In this document: in pieces, positions 50,311 through 62,565 of the stretch
How the letters are laid out: the number at the start of each line of letters is the position of its first letter
Position numbering within the stretch: the first letter of the stretch is position 1
Assembly: GCA_013265495.1 (NCBI GenBank)
Contig: MU058198.1
Span: 1,500,419-1,564,418, forward strand
Length of the DNA stretch: 64,000 bases
Direction of reading: 5' to 3'
Source: Vicugna vicugna
Taxonomy: Eukaryota
Notes under the pieces: generated by a model
What the model saw: the letters and a program-made list of their open reading frames with translations, nothing else
Database searches by the model: none
What the model was told of the DNA's origin: nothing
Made by a program: the position numbers and the translations under genes

Positions 50311-50855
50311 GTCTTCAAAGGCCAGTCAAGTTAAGTTCATTCATAAACTAAATTAAGACTAGGGCAATCAGTTTGTGACCACTGGACTAGATGATCACAA
50401 AGGATCTTTCCATAGAATTTAAAATTCTGCAGTGTTCTGTAACAGTCATCTTACTCCCTTCTCTCCATATATGAACTGGGTGATACTTGACAATTGGCCA
50501 TTCCTTTGACTTTAGCAAAGAACTACATAAGACCATTAATGTCGTTCCAAAGGAAGAGTCCATCATATTGAACGGATAATGTGGAAGGTGCTTTCATTTT
50601 TATTCATATGATGGTGGCAGAATTTTCTTCTGTAAAGATTCCTTTTTATATATGCAGAGACAAAGCCTTGGGAATCCTCTGAATCTATCAGGAATAATTT
50701 TTGAAGCTACTTTAAGTCATGCTAAATACTTCATTTGTACCATGTTGGAAGCATTTCGGCCTTAACACATCCAAACACTTGGACTCATAAGAAAATGGAC
50801 AACACTGCTGTCTCTAGTTGGTCCCTTGAGCTAATGTAACCCCAAGCACCCCTAC

Positions 50856-50993
50856 CTCAAACTCAAATCCGATGTGGTCAATGGGGATGGTGTATTTCCG
50901 GGCATAATTCTGAGAGACACCTGTCAAAAATGACTGTGTGAAGTAGAATCCAGAGATCCAAAAGACCACAGGAGGCCCATTGTCAATCCATTC
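50856..50993 (-). CDS. DNAH3: DNAH3 exon ([46 protein letters not shown])
   Basis: 138 nt, phase 0/0; CAG acceptor and GAG|GTAGG donor; dynein motif FWISGF.FTQSFLT. Confidence 0.96.
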
Positions 50994-51705
50994 CTGGAGA
51001 GCCACAGAAATAAAAATGCAAAGTCAATAATACATCAAAGACAGTTCAAAGGCAGGTAGTACCAATGAGTCCCATAAAGAAATATGTTTTTTCCTCATTT
51101 TTCTTGAAACAGGCAGCCCTCTCAGATTAGCTTATATTTTCCCACTTTGAAATCAAAGTACAAAGAAATATATTTCTACTTGAAGAAAAGCACAAGTGCA
51201 AATGGGTGTCAGGGATGTAGTAAAGAGTGGTAGGGACTACTGCGGTAGAGAATATGTGTCTAAACTGAGCGACAGCCACTCATCTCCAGCAATAGTTGCC
51301 GTGCAGAAATGCAGGCCCATTGTTTCAGGTCTTCCTTTTTTTTTTTGCAGGACGAGTATCTGTATCTTGATGTGTAACAATCCAATGTTTATAGGCTAGC
51401 TCAAAAAGTTTTAAATTACCAAGCAGCCAAACCAAATCTGTTAGCCAAATGTGGCCCATGAACCACAATGTGTGACATTTATTCTAGTTCCTAATCCTGC
51501 CTCTACAGGCTGTAATCTTTTCAAGGCTTTTGAAAAGTCTTCCCTCTTGCCCTCAACCCTGGTAAGACTGTTTCCAGGAGGTGCTCAACCCAGGATGCCG
51601 TCTGGCTGCCTGCCCTACTCCCTCCGCCTCTAATCTGTCGTTTCAGAATATCCTCTCCACCTGAATGAGATTGGCAGGTGCCCAGTTACTCTCATTCCCA
51701 GGTAC

Positions 51706-51910
51706 CTGGAAGAAGGCCAGGCGGGCCAGCAGGTCAGCCACATAGCCTCCCAGAGGCTTCAGAGATGGGTAGGACTTGGCCATCCACATGGCTGGCACTT
51801 TACCCACCAGCATGCTACTGAAGACATCTTCCAGCTCTGAGGACATCAGGACCTGCCCTTTAATGGCTCGGCCAAGATCAATGAGGCTTCTGCGAACCAC
51901 TTTGGTCAGT
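51706..51910 (-). CDS. DNAH3: DNAH3 exon ((R)[27 protein letters not shown]...[23 protein letters not shown])
   Basis: 205 nt, phase 2/0; GCAG acceptor and CAG|GTACC donor; SYPSLKPL motif. Confidence 0.95.
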
Positions 51911-52839
51911 CTGCAAGAACAAAGGCGCATACTCAGCCTGGCTCTCCAGTGACCTCGTTCTACCCCAAGTACACTGTCCCCAAGTCTCCTTTTACTTTTC
52001 CTCCCTTTAAAAAGTCAGATAATGAACACACATTCAGGATAGAAGAATTATAAAGAGAAAAAAATTTAAAAACACCCATTATCTCACCACCTAAGGATAA
52101 CTTTGATGTGTATCTTTCTAGATTTTTCTGTATGCAAACACGATTCACTTTTTAATGGGATAATTCTACATAATTTTTTATAATTTGTTTTTCTCTTAGT
52201 GTATAGGGAACATCTTTCCAATTCAACAGACACCTAACTAAAATCTTCCCTTGTTAATGATTGCAAGGTGTTACATTTTATTTACCTATCCTTCTGTTGC
52301 TAAAATGTATTACTTCTAGATTGCTGTCACTGTAAGCAGCATTACTAGGGGCATCCATCTATATCAATCTTTGTGGAAATTTATAATGATTTTCTTACTA
52401 AAAGTAAAATTTCTGGATCAAAGGGTAATGCAGTTTTAAGATTTCTGATCTATATTGCCGAAATTGTTCTTTTTATAGACTATAAGGTGCATGCACACCT
52501 GAGAAGATGCAGCCGAAGGGCAGCCTGGGAGATGCCAAGATCACCTGCCTCTCTCTCTGGCGTCTGTTATGAGGCCTTGCCAAGCCTACAGGGAATTCAC
52601 CTCAGAGTGCCAAAGAATCTGCTACCAGAGCAAGCTTGTCATAGCCAAAGATTTATGGAATCCCGGCCAAATGGACATGAGAATGATCAAATGTAAGAAA
52701 GGGATTCCTGGATGTGTAACCACTAAACATTTATATTAAGAGGAATTTAAGGTTTAAACGTATTATTGGCGTGTGTGGACTCCTTGGCTGAGGAGTCAAG
52801 GGCAAAACTACCCTCCAAGCGATTATACCACAGACCTTT

Positions 52840-53260
52840 AACCATTACACCTAAAGACCTACTTGTAAAAGTTTTCTTTCTATTCTTGCAACTATGAGCT
52901 CTGCTAGTTTCAAGATTTTTAGTATTCATGGAAGGAATGTTTGCCCCAGAAGACACAATAGTGGCTCCTCTGAATGGGAGCTGTCATTCTCAACTGTGAT
53001 TTGGGGCCTCTCATACCAAAAGGTGAACAGGCTAAAGAAAAGGTAGTGGGGAGGAATGTCACAGCATTGCTCGAGGTATTGCTGAGCATTACTGGAATAT
53101 AAGATTGCTGTTACCCTGTTCTCTTATATTACAATGGCCAGTGGTAAAGGCTAGTGAAGGCCACTGCAGTGACCTTAGAGGAGAATGACTGGCAAAAGAG
53201 GAAAACCTAATGGGAGGTATCTGGGTGAATAAGGATTACACCAAGGTATCCGACCCAAGT
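52840..53260 (+). mobile_element. ERVL/MaLR-type internal relic (pol 3' end/dUTPase-like region)
   Basis: Frameshifted peptides TITPKDLL, LATMSSAS, LVFMEGMFAPEDTIVAPLN and LGPLIPKGEQAKEK resemble, in order, the ERVL post-integrase dUTPase-like segment as I recall it. Confidence 0.55.
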
Positions 53261-54227
53261 AACCAGCATCCTTGACTCACGCCTCACACTCCGCTTGGTC
53301 CCTCATCAGGTCGACTGCCTACTGACTCCAGGGAGTAATCCTAAGACTGAGGAAGCCAAGAAGTTCTTAGATGGCATTCCTCCAGGTCCCTGGTCCTTTA
53401 GAGTCAGGGCCGCCCCAAAACTGAGTAATGACCAATGAGCCAAAACGGAGACGGCAGCATTTAGAGTATCTGGAGCAGTAAGAACCTTGGACTTGGAGGC
53501 AGAAGTGATGAGTTTCCTCATCTGACCTAGATGGTGTTTGGGAACACTTTCAGTTTTGATTATTTAGACATCAAATCAAGGTGATCCCATTGGTCTCTAA
53601 GCTCTAGTACCTGGAGGAGAAGTGAGAAGGGAATAGCAGGCCAGAGACCCTTAGCCCCATGACCATCCTTTCTTATCTCTGTAGTGGAGGCCATGGGATG
53701 AACTGCTCCCCACCCCTTTCTACATTTACCCTCATTTCACATACTGGCTAAGTGCATGGGCTATGGAATTAGACAGCCTGGGTTCAAACTCAGTTCTCCC
53801 AGTGAATGACTCAGTTTTCTCATCTGTAAAATAGTGGTAGAGGGATTACTAACTGTGCATAATTTAAAAGACTATTGTGTGGTTTGAATGCAAAAACATG
53901 AATGGTGCTTAGAGCTACATTCGACACTGAAGGCTCAGTAAAAGTGGCCTGAATGATTACTTTTACTATTAGCCTGAGCTTGGTATTGGTTTTAACCCCA
54001 CTTTACAGATGTCGCATGAATGAATGAGAGAGAATGAATAGAAGGAATGATTTAACTCTGGGCCAACACGTGCTGGAATGGCCCTATGTATGGCCCTTCC
54101 TACAGGTAGGACAATCCAGCTTCTTCTGCCCAGCAGCCCTTATCAAGTGTCCATTCCAGTTACTGCCCGTTAGAGCCTGCGCCTCACAGTCTAATTCCCA
54201 GGATCCAAGAAAAACCATACAGCTCAC

Positions 54228-54370
54228 CTGTTGAATCTGATGAGCTCTTGCCTTAGGACAGTGTGCATAGATTCCTCATAGACCACAGGGTACAACTTCA
54301 CGACCAATTCCAGGTCAAAGTCATTGGGAAGCTTGGCGAGTATGTCCTGGGCTAGCTCCTCAACCACTTC
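54228..54370 (-). CDS. DNAH3: DNAH3 exon (EVVEELAQDILAKLPNDFDLELVVKLYPVVYEESMHTVLRQELIRFN(R))
   Basis: Not in the ORF track; translated by hand. 143 nt, phase 0/2; TAAG acceptor and AG|GTGAGC donor; QE..RFN motif; frame joins both neighbouring exons. Confidence 0.94.
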
Positions 54371-55075
54371 CTTAAAGCGCAAACAGCAGAGAGGTGAATG
54401 AGAAATAAGGCCTGTGGGCTGTGGCTTTGGGTAAAACTGAAGCAGTGAGCGTTTGTCTTTTTAACATAGTCTGTAGGACCGGACTTGGAACTCTCTCCTA
54501 CAAAAGCCAGTTCTGCCTTGATGGGGAGGAGGACGCCCATGCCCCCTTAGGCAGGACATTGCTTCTTGGCCAGAAAGTTTCACTGAGCTGAACACCTGAA
54601 GCAAGGGCCTGAGGGCCAGGTGGGGACTTCCTGCTCAGCCAGGTAGCCTCAGGGCAGTGCTGAACCCTGCAGAACTCCTCCTGTCTCCAAGGTCACCCCT
54701 GGGAGACAGTCTCCTGAAGCTCTCACAGCTGGCCCCTCTGGACCAGCTCCTGGTGCAGATGGGACTTTGCTCAGTGCCAGTGACTTGTACACCTGGGAAG
54801 GCAGTAGGCCTGAGTAAGAACAGCACACAGCAGTGAGTTTAGCCAAGTAGTGAGGGGACAGGCCTAGAGGAAGAGTAAGAAAAGGAGGAGGAGGACCCGG
54901 GGGTGGGAGAGACAGCTCTGCCACCCTGTGGCTCTAGGAGGCTGGAATGTACTTCTTTCCCTCCTCCCACTGTGAGGGGAATTTCCATCCCTAAGTTGAG
55001 ACAAACAAACCAGGCTGCTTAACTTCATACATATTACCACTTATAGCATTATGAACCAAATCAAGAAACCAAACA

Positions 55076-55395
55076 CAATTGTCCCTTGGCATCCACTAGG
55101 GATTGATTCCAGGACAAAAATCCAGATGCTCAAGTCCCTCATATAAAACGGTGTAATGTTTGCATATAACCTACCCACATCTCTCCCTCCCCCCAATCAT
55201 TTTTAGGTTACTTATAATACCTAATACAATGTAATTACTATGTAAAATTGCTGTAAATACAGTGTGAAAAAATATGTGGAAGTGGGGCAAATGCAAGTTT
55301 TGATTTTCGGAACTTTCTGCAATTTTTTTCCTGCATGTTTTCAATCCTTGGTTTAATTCAAGGATGTGGAACCTGTGGACATGGAAAGTCAACTG
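55076..55395. mobile_element. TcMar-Tigger MITE, MER2-like
   Basis: CAATTGTCCCTTGGCATCC...GATGCTCAAGTCCCTCATATAAAACGGTGTAATGTTTGCATATAACCTA...GATGTGGAACCTGTGGACATGGAAAGTCAACTG, followed by TA. Confidence 0.8.
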
Positions 55396-56242
55396 TACAC
55401 AAGATCCAGTTGACTATCCAGTAGCTCAGAAGGTGGAGAAGGGAAAGAAGGATGGGAGAGGATAGGGTAGAGTCAGGAGGCGGTGATTATGGGTCTGGCT
55501 CTGCCTCTAGGTTTATGGATGCCTTGAAGTGGGACACTTCTTGCCGGGTTCGTTTGCCCTCATCTATAGACCAAGGAGAAGGGACTGAATCAGCCCTTCA
55601 CAGTATGGAATGAACATAAGAGGGACCCAAAATGATTCCAGGCATTTCCAGGACATGGAGCAAATGATGTTGAATCATGTGGTGAGAAAGTCACTCTCCA
55701 GTCAAGTTTTGGCCCTCTTTGTCTCTTCATTCCCCTCAAGGAGGAAGTTGCAGGTCAGGGTTAATTAAATGCTCTGTAACACATGATGATATTCCCCTTT
55801 CCCAAGAAGCCAGCGCGGCCAGCAGCACATAGAAGAATTAATAATGTTTACCTTTCATTTTCTTTCTGTGGTTGTCATGACTGTATGGAAAAAGGTACTG
55901 GATTTCTGCTTATTGTCCTGACACGTGTGTGTGTGTGTGTGTGTTTTAATAAATGTTCTTAAGCAAAAGAGATTTAGTTTTAAATATTACATTAATGGAA
56001 GATAGATGATCTGTGGGTACAGCAGCGGATCATGAAGGTTACACAGGACTAGCCAATGTTTTGGAAACACGGGTGGTCTTCCAGCTGGGTGTTTAAAGGA
56101 CTCTCAGCAGTAAGACCAGAGCATCCACGCCCTCCCTCAGGGGTCTGCCAGGCCTCTGCTTTTCTTTTTTTTTTTCTTTTTCAGTCACCACCCACAATCC
56201 TGCACGCCCACTAGATAGGAAATGGAATTCAAGCCTGGTTAC

Positions 56243-56410
56243 CTGAGGGGACTTGCCGCTCCCCCCCGCCTGCCTAGGGAGGGTCAGCAGCACCCCTTGA
56301 AACAGCTGGTTGGTTTCCTGGTTGTCTTTGCTGATGTCGGCATTCTCGTGGAGGCCAAACACTTCCGGGTGGGCTGTGATAGGGAGGCTCCTGAGATAAT
56401 CGATATAGGA
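56243..56410 (-). CDS. DNAH3: DNAH3 exon (SYIDYLRSLPITAHPEVFGLHENADISKDNQETNQLFQGVLLTLPRQAGGSGKSPQ)
   Basis: 168 nt, phase 0/0; CCCCAG acceptor and CAG|GTAAC donor; PEVFGLH.NA motif. Confidence 0.96.
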
Positions 56411-57246
56411 CTGGGGAGGAAATCTTCAGTTGACACAAGTTCAGGTTCCTGGAGGCCCCACAGACCACCTGGGGCTTGGCCAGACCAGGACCAAGCAGGA
56501 ATACCACTGTACTGGTGGCACAGGCCACATGCACCCCCCGCCCTGCCCCGCCGCCCCTGCAAGCTCTCCCTCATGCGGCTCTCTGGGGGATGAGTATGAG
56601 CATGAAGGTAGCTGGGCTGAGTATCTCCTCTCCCACCTCTGGCTTCCTCCATGCTCCCCTAGCAACCGTGGCAGTGGAGACAAAACCGGGGTTGGCTCCT
56701 GGGGTTGGATCCTGGCTTTGGATCCTAGCTCCATCTCAAACTAACTGTGTAACCTTAAGCGTGAAAACCCTGAAAGCAACCCCCTCCCTTTTTTTCCTTC
56801 TGCAAATGGGAAGATAAATGAGGTTATGAAGGAATAAGCCCTCGGCATACAACAGTTGCTCGATAAAAGGAAACCCTTTTCATCCTTCCTTCAGACTTAC
56901 GGTTTTCTTCTTCCCTTTATCGTTTTCCCATCCAGGTTTTCTGTCCCTCCCTTTGCCAGCTTCCAAAGCTTTGTTTTCAAAGAGCAGTTTCTGGCCTGTT
57001 CACTACCAAGGCTTCGTCTTAACTATCTCTCCCTCTTCCCCCGAGATGGACCCCGTATTTTGAAAGACCTGGTCTACAAATGCCCAGCATTCATTGAACA
57101 GTAATAATGTAGGATTTTGGAAGATTGGAAATAGCTTATGGACCTGATTCAGGAAGCCCAAGCTATCCCTGGGCCCTCCCTGGCTCCATGGAGACTGCCC
57201 AGCTCCTCTGGGGCACAGACGGACCTCTGCCTCCCCTGCCCCTCAC

Positions 57247-57401
57247 CTGGTAGGAGCCATGAGGAGGGATGTAGTAAGTGTCTCCAGGAGCAAGATGGTA
57301 ATGGTCCTGCTCGACTTCCTTACAGTAGAATGTGGATAGAAGGGACAGCAGGAGCCTCCTGTCTTTGTCATCCGTCACTCTCCCTCCGTAATTACATTCC
57401 C
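57247..57401 (-). CDS. DNAH3: DNAH3 exon ((G)ECNYGGRVTDDKDRRLLLSLLSTFY...YYIPPHGSYQ)
   Basis: 155 nt, phase 1/0; YGGRVTD..DRR AAA6 lid motif; CAG|GTGAGG donor. Confidence 0.96.
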
Positions 57402-59019
57402 CTGGGGACAACCAATAGAGGAGTAAGTTGAGCCCATAAAAAACGTGGTCATTGACCCAAAACAGAGGATTCTTTCAGCCAAGGAGCTCTGCTGAGATAC
57501 AGGGTTGCTGAAACCATACTCGGCTTGGGAGGAGACCAGGTCTTTTTGGTATTATGGTTGCTACAAACATAATACATGTTCATCATATTAGAAATTAGAA
57601 AATAGAGATAAACTGAAAGAAAAGCAATACAATCACCAATAATTCCCACGAAAGTAACTGTTACCCTTTGTGGCATCTTTTAGACATTTGTCTGGACGTT
57701 TGTGTATGTGTGTGTGTCTGTGTGTGTGTACATATATGTGAAAGGCATTACAGAAATGTGGTTCAGGGTGAGAACTTTGTCAAGAGATAATACTGGGTTC
57801 TAATTCTAGCCAATTTCTGGGCTCCAACTTTTGCCACTCACTATCAGCTTCTCATCTGTCAAGAGGCAAAAATGACTCTATATCCGTCTTACATGGCTGT
57901 GGTTAATAATGCTTTATAAAGCATTTAGCACAATGCTTAGCATACAGAAAGCATTCAATTAATTGCAAACATGTATTTTAGAAAACTGAGATTATCTTAT
58001 ATATACCGCTTTGGGATATGGCTCTCCTACCCCCACCCCCTTCATGAACATCATTCTCTGAGACTCAGGTCTCTACGCTCAGATTTCTACGAAAAGAATT
58101 AGGTAGTACTTTTGAAGGGACATCAAATCATCTCACCAACCTATGATGCATTTTCTATCTGGATCAGATTTCAGAACGTGGGTGCCACCTGGTATTTGGT
58201 AGATGGGGACAATGCACTCATCTGTAAGGGAAAGATACATCTGTGTGTGTGTGTGTGTGTGTGCACATGTATGTGTGCACAAGGGCTCCCTTGATGGGTG
58301 GGCTCATTTCCAATTCCAAACATTCTGGGAATAGGCAGGAATATGGACATGGAACAGGAAGTGTGACTCAAGTTGAGGAGGCCTCAGCTTCTCTTGGTCT
58401 TGGAGAGGTCTAAAAATCCAGGAGGGGGTTCCAGGTGGGTCATAAGTAAGAGACTAAGGGGAAGCTCATATTTACACTGAGTAATTTGAGCCCAACAGAA
58501 GCTGTCTAAGCTTAAGCCATACCATCTAGATTTCTGAAGCTCTCTCTGATCTCTCTCTGACCTCTCAGGCCTTTAGCAAAGTTTAGTTTAAACTTCACAG
58601 TAAAGAGGTTTATGACTGTAAAGAGCTGTAAAGAGGTTTATGACAGCACTAGAACTACAATATTAAAGGGAGAGTGGTTCCCCACTGAAGTCAGCATGGC
58701 AGTGGGACCCCAAGTGAAGGCAAACCTCAGGCAGAGTCATGGTTCAAGGTCCCATCACCACTCCCTCATCGGCGAATTTTCCTTCAGGGGGTGCCCTTGT
58801 GGGCTCTTGGCTTTATGTTTATGAAGAAAGGTGTAGTTCTTTACTTACATGTCTTCTCTTTGTAGCAAGAGCATGAGTGTCTACAGGGGCCAGGATGACC
58901 TTACAGCTCTTCTAGATTCCCCACTGGCCCTGCCACAGAGCTGAGGGACCAGATTAAGAATCTGTTTGACTTTGGCCCACCTAATTCAATAACAACTTTC
59001 CATCCTGTCTCTTTGGTTA

Positions 59020-59420
59020 GTGTCGGTACAGGGTTCTAATAATCGCCTCTATCTGATTCTTCTTTCCTTCCAGGCACATAGGAGGTTACACTTCCCTGGG
59101 CCCCTTACAGCGAGGTGGGGCCAGGTGACAAGCTCTTGTGCATTTACTTCCTGGTATGAGCCCTTCAGTGCTGTCCCTGTGGCAGTGACCACATAGGAGT
59201 ATGCTGAGATGGTGCATCAAAAGTCGGTTGAGATGGTGGCATCAAAAGTCGGTGGAGCCTTTGCACACTGTGCCCCTGGTAGACAACCACAGCGAGCAGA
59301 CAGGCGTGCTGATTCACACTGGACATGCAGAGTGGGCAAGAAATGGACCTTTGGTGTTTTACATGCTTAAGATTTTAGGCATTGCTTGTTACCACAGCCT
59401 AACTAGTCTAACTTGACTGG
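59020..59420 (+). mobile_element. MaLR LTR (MLT1-like)
   Basis: TTACACTTCCCTGGCCCCTT...GGCCAGGTGACAAGCTCT...GATTTTAGGCATTGCTTGTTACCACAGCCTAACTAGTCTAACTTGACTG. Confidence 0.65.
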
Positions 59421-59736
59421 TGCAGCTGGGAAGTGACTATCCTCAAGCCAGCTGGTACAGTTGGGGCTGGTTTTATGAGCAACAGACAGTCCAGTACTAA
59501 GACCACATCCCAGGGCAATTATGCACTCATTCTGTGATCTGAAGACGAACCCTGGGACGTGCTTCCGTGTGGCCTGGAACAATGGGAACATGGCTCAGAT
59601 CTTTGGAGACGTTCTTTCACCAAACTAAAATCCACTAAACTTACATTGTGTGTGTCACTTGGGGTTTTGTTTTAGGGGACATTGTGCTGAGTTAAGGTCT
59701 ATGTCACCTGTTACAACTGAATTTAATCACTCTAAA

Positions 59737-59890
59737 GCAGGATTTCTCAGTCTCGGCCTGATTAACATGTTGGACTGGGTAGTTCTGTGTTGGCGGGGGA
59801 GGCGGGGGGCTGTCCTGTGCACTGTGGGATGTTTAGCAGCATCCCTGCCCTTTACCCAGTAGCATTTTGTGACAACAAAAAATGTCTCCC
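59737..59890. mobile_element. hAT-Charlie MITE, MER20-like
   Basis: TGGACTGGGTAGTTCTGTGTTG...GGCTGTCCTGTGCACTGTGGGATGTTTAGCAGCATCCCTG...GTGACAACAAAAAATGTCTCC. Confidence 0.75.
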
Positions 59891-60289
59891 ACTGCTCAAG
59901 GCCTCGGTCTTGTCAGCCGTAAAATGGGGCCACTAACGTGAAGCTTGTAAGATTGCTGTGAAGACCAAATGTGCTGATCAGGTAGATAAAGAGCCTGCGT
60001 ATGGCTGGGGAAAGGGTTGAGAGTTGAGGAGGGAAATTGTGTATGCTCTTGAAGGTGCCCAGGTTTTTCTAGTGAGCTGCATTTTAACCTTTGGCCACGG
60101 TATTCCGTTTATGTAGCCCATCTACATTTTATCTCCTATCTCTGAGATTACACGGTGTGTTTCTTGAGGGCAGTGACCAAGTTTTATACACGCGTATTCT
60201 CCCATCTTACGTACTAGTATGTACCAGGTGACTATGGAAGGTTGCTGACAGATCGCTTTAATTCAAAACAGCAAGTGCCGTTTTCACCT

Positions 60290-60670
60290 CCGGGTACCCC
60301 TGTTGGGAATGCTCTCCCCCCTCCCTCCCAGTGCCACCCCCTTCCTTCTCCCGCTTGTAAAACTCCTACTTATCCCTCAAAACCATCTTTCATGCCCCGA
60401 TCCTATGCCTGAAATGTAATCACGGTGCTGCCTTTCTCCTTTATAAATGTGTCTCTTATTGAAGTTAATCACCGTCTTGTCACTTATTTTGTTATTTGTT
60501 TCTCCCTTTGTAGGCTGTGCGCCACTTAAGGGGAGGGGTTGATCTTGACTTTATTGTGTTTTTGTTTGTTTGTTGTTTTCATTTGCTTGTTTTACAGTGT
60601 GCAGCACGGTGACCAGTGTTAGTAACAGCTCGATGTTTGTTGAAAGAATGAGTCAGTGAGTAAATGAATG
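60290..60670 (+). mobile_element. L2 3' end
   Basis: AACTCCTACTTATCCCTCAA...ATGTTTGTTGAAAGAATGAGT...AATGAATG. Confidence 0.55.
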
Positions 60671-60737
60671 GAGGAGGAGAGCGGAGCACAGATAATCCTG
60701 GAGGTTTACGGCTGCCAGAGTCTCCTCCCATAAATAC

Positions 60738-60854
60738 CTGTCAGGTAGGTCAGAGCATCAAGCGGCACCTCCTCGTAGTCATTCAGAAACATCTGGATCT
60801 GCCGCATACTAATCCTCAGGTCAGACTCGTTGAATTCATAAGGAATATTCCAAC
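60738..60854 (-). CDS. DNAH3: DNAH3 exon ((G)[38 protein letters not shown](G))
   Basis: 117 nt, phase 1/1; GCAG acceptor and AG|GTATT donor; [11 protein letters not shown] motif. Confidence 0.96.
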
Positions 60855-62189
60855 CTGCGTGAGGCAGAGATGAATTAGATGCTTCAGGGCCGAGAGCTCT
60901 TAATTCCCACCCCGAGATCGAGCTGGTGGAGTTAAGCATCATTATGGATCAAGAATCCGTTTCAGCCCCATGAATATTAAGCACCGTGCCAACTATTAGC
61001 CTTGACATTTACTGCCAACGGGGGAGCCGTTCTGCCTGAGAAACCATCCATTCTAAAATTAATTTCCTTATGGATCTCCCCGTTTGTTAAGGAAAATGTT
61101 AACGTCCTGGGATTTGTGGAACGAGAATTATTCACCCTGGCTGGAATACTGTGGTCATGCACGGAACGCCAAAAATAACACTCAAGCATAGCTAGAGAGC
61201 AGTATTTGTGATTGGGCAACAGACCTAAGTTAGCTTTGAGAATCCCCCTCCTCGTGCCCAGGGAGAACTAGACGGCTGGCTTTGGAGAAATTATTCCTTG
61301 TATTTCCAAGGGTGATAATGATAGATGCCCAGTGGGGCTGCTCAAGTGACACAAATGTGTGAACTGGGACTGAAGGAGGATAGCAGTATGGTGGGACCTG
61401 TGCTCAATGGAGACGTTCAGCTTCCTCCTAAACATTCACATTCAAATTAAAAAATGTAATAAAATAATAAAAACTTGTGTTTTGGCAAACAAAACAGAAC
61501 TGGGCAGTTGGCTGCTGCAGGGATTTTCAAAGGTCTGGCATGGTGGAAGAACGTGGTGTGCGGGATGCAGATAGAGAGGGAGTGTCCTCCTCGGCTGTCT
61601 CGTCCCTGAACCCCTCAGTGGAAGGGTCACGTGGTCTGTGGAGCCAACTGGGGCAGGCTGAAGGAACGGCACAAGATGCTCAGAGAAAATCACCACGAGG
61701 ATAATTTGCCTCCTCATCGAAAACAAAAGAATGGCCAAGAATACCTAGAGGTGGGTCATTTCAAGACAAGAATCAGAGGCAACCCGAGGATGAGAGAACA
61801 ATAATCCAATCCAAAACCACAGTGACGTGGGATCTGTGTTTAATAGTTCGATGATCTGCTCTAACAAGAGTATTGAGTTTTACTTAAGTTTGGCTATGGA
61901 TAGGTTACATTCATAAACAAATTCATGTTTATTTTTTCAAAGAGAAGCACAGACAAATATCCCAGCTGTATTTCTTTCATTGTTATGCACCTGTAAAGAG
62001 AGCAACCTAAAATGTTACAAATTACACGGTAACAACTCCTTGGAGAACGGCCATTGCACCCAAGCTAGGCAAAAACACACCAAAGGAAAGGGCCTCCAGT
62101 CTCCTCATTACCACAGTACCTCAGTAATTAGGGGACCTCTGAGTCTGAGGCACCACCTCTTTCCCTGACATGGACGTTGACCTAGCTAT

Positions 62190-62488
62190 AGAGTTGCCAG
62201 ACTTATTAAATAAAAATACAGGCCACTCGGTGAAATGGAATTTCAGATAAACAACAAATCATATTTATATGAACAGTAGTTTTTTTTGTTTTTTGGGGGG
62301 GGATGTTAATTAGGTATATTTACTTTTTTTTGATGGAGGTACTGGGGATTGAACCCAGGACTTTGTGCATGCTAGGCATACACTCCGTCACTGAGCTATA
62401 CCCTCCCCCTCCAACAAATCATATTTAATATAAGTATGTCCCAAATACTGCATGGAACATTTTATACCCTATTTTACTGGCAACCCTG
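62190..62488. mobile_element. MER53-like MITE interrupted by a SINE
   Basis: Inverted ends AGAGTTGCCAG...CTGGCAACCCT; internal AAATAAAAATACAGG...GAATTTCAGATAAACAAC...TATAAGTATGTCCCA. Confidence 0.7.
62268..62411 (-). mobile_element. tRNA-derived SINE, Vic-1-like (camelid)
   Basis: GGGGAGGGTATAGCTCAGTGACGGAGTGTATGCCTAGCATGCACAAAGTCCTGGGTTCAATCCCCAGTACCTCC. Perfect 16-bp TSD CAACAAATCATATTTA at 62252-62267 and 62412-62427. Confidence 0.88.
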
Positions 62489-62565
62489 AGTGCAAACTTG
62501 AATGCGCCCCCGCATCTGTCTGTGATCTTTTCCCCAGGCCATCCAGGTGCCCTGTCATCTCTCAC

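Noticed and set aside
56222..56817. Dense cluster of overlapping ORFs on both strands
   Set aside because: Locally GC-rich, stop-poor sequence around a DNAH3 exon; only 56243-56410 (-) has homology and splice support.
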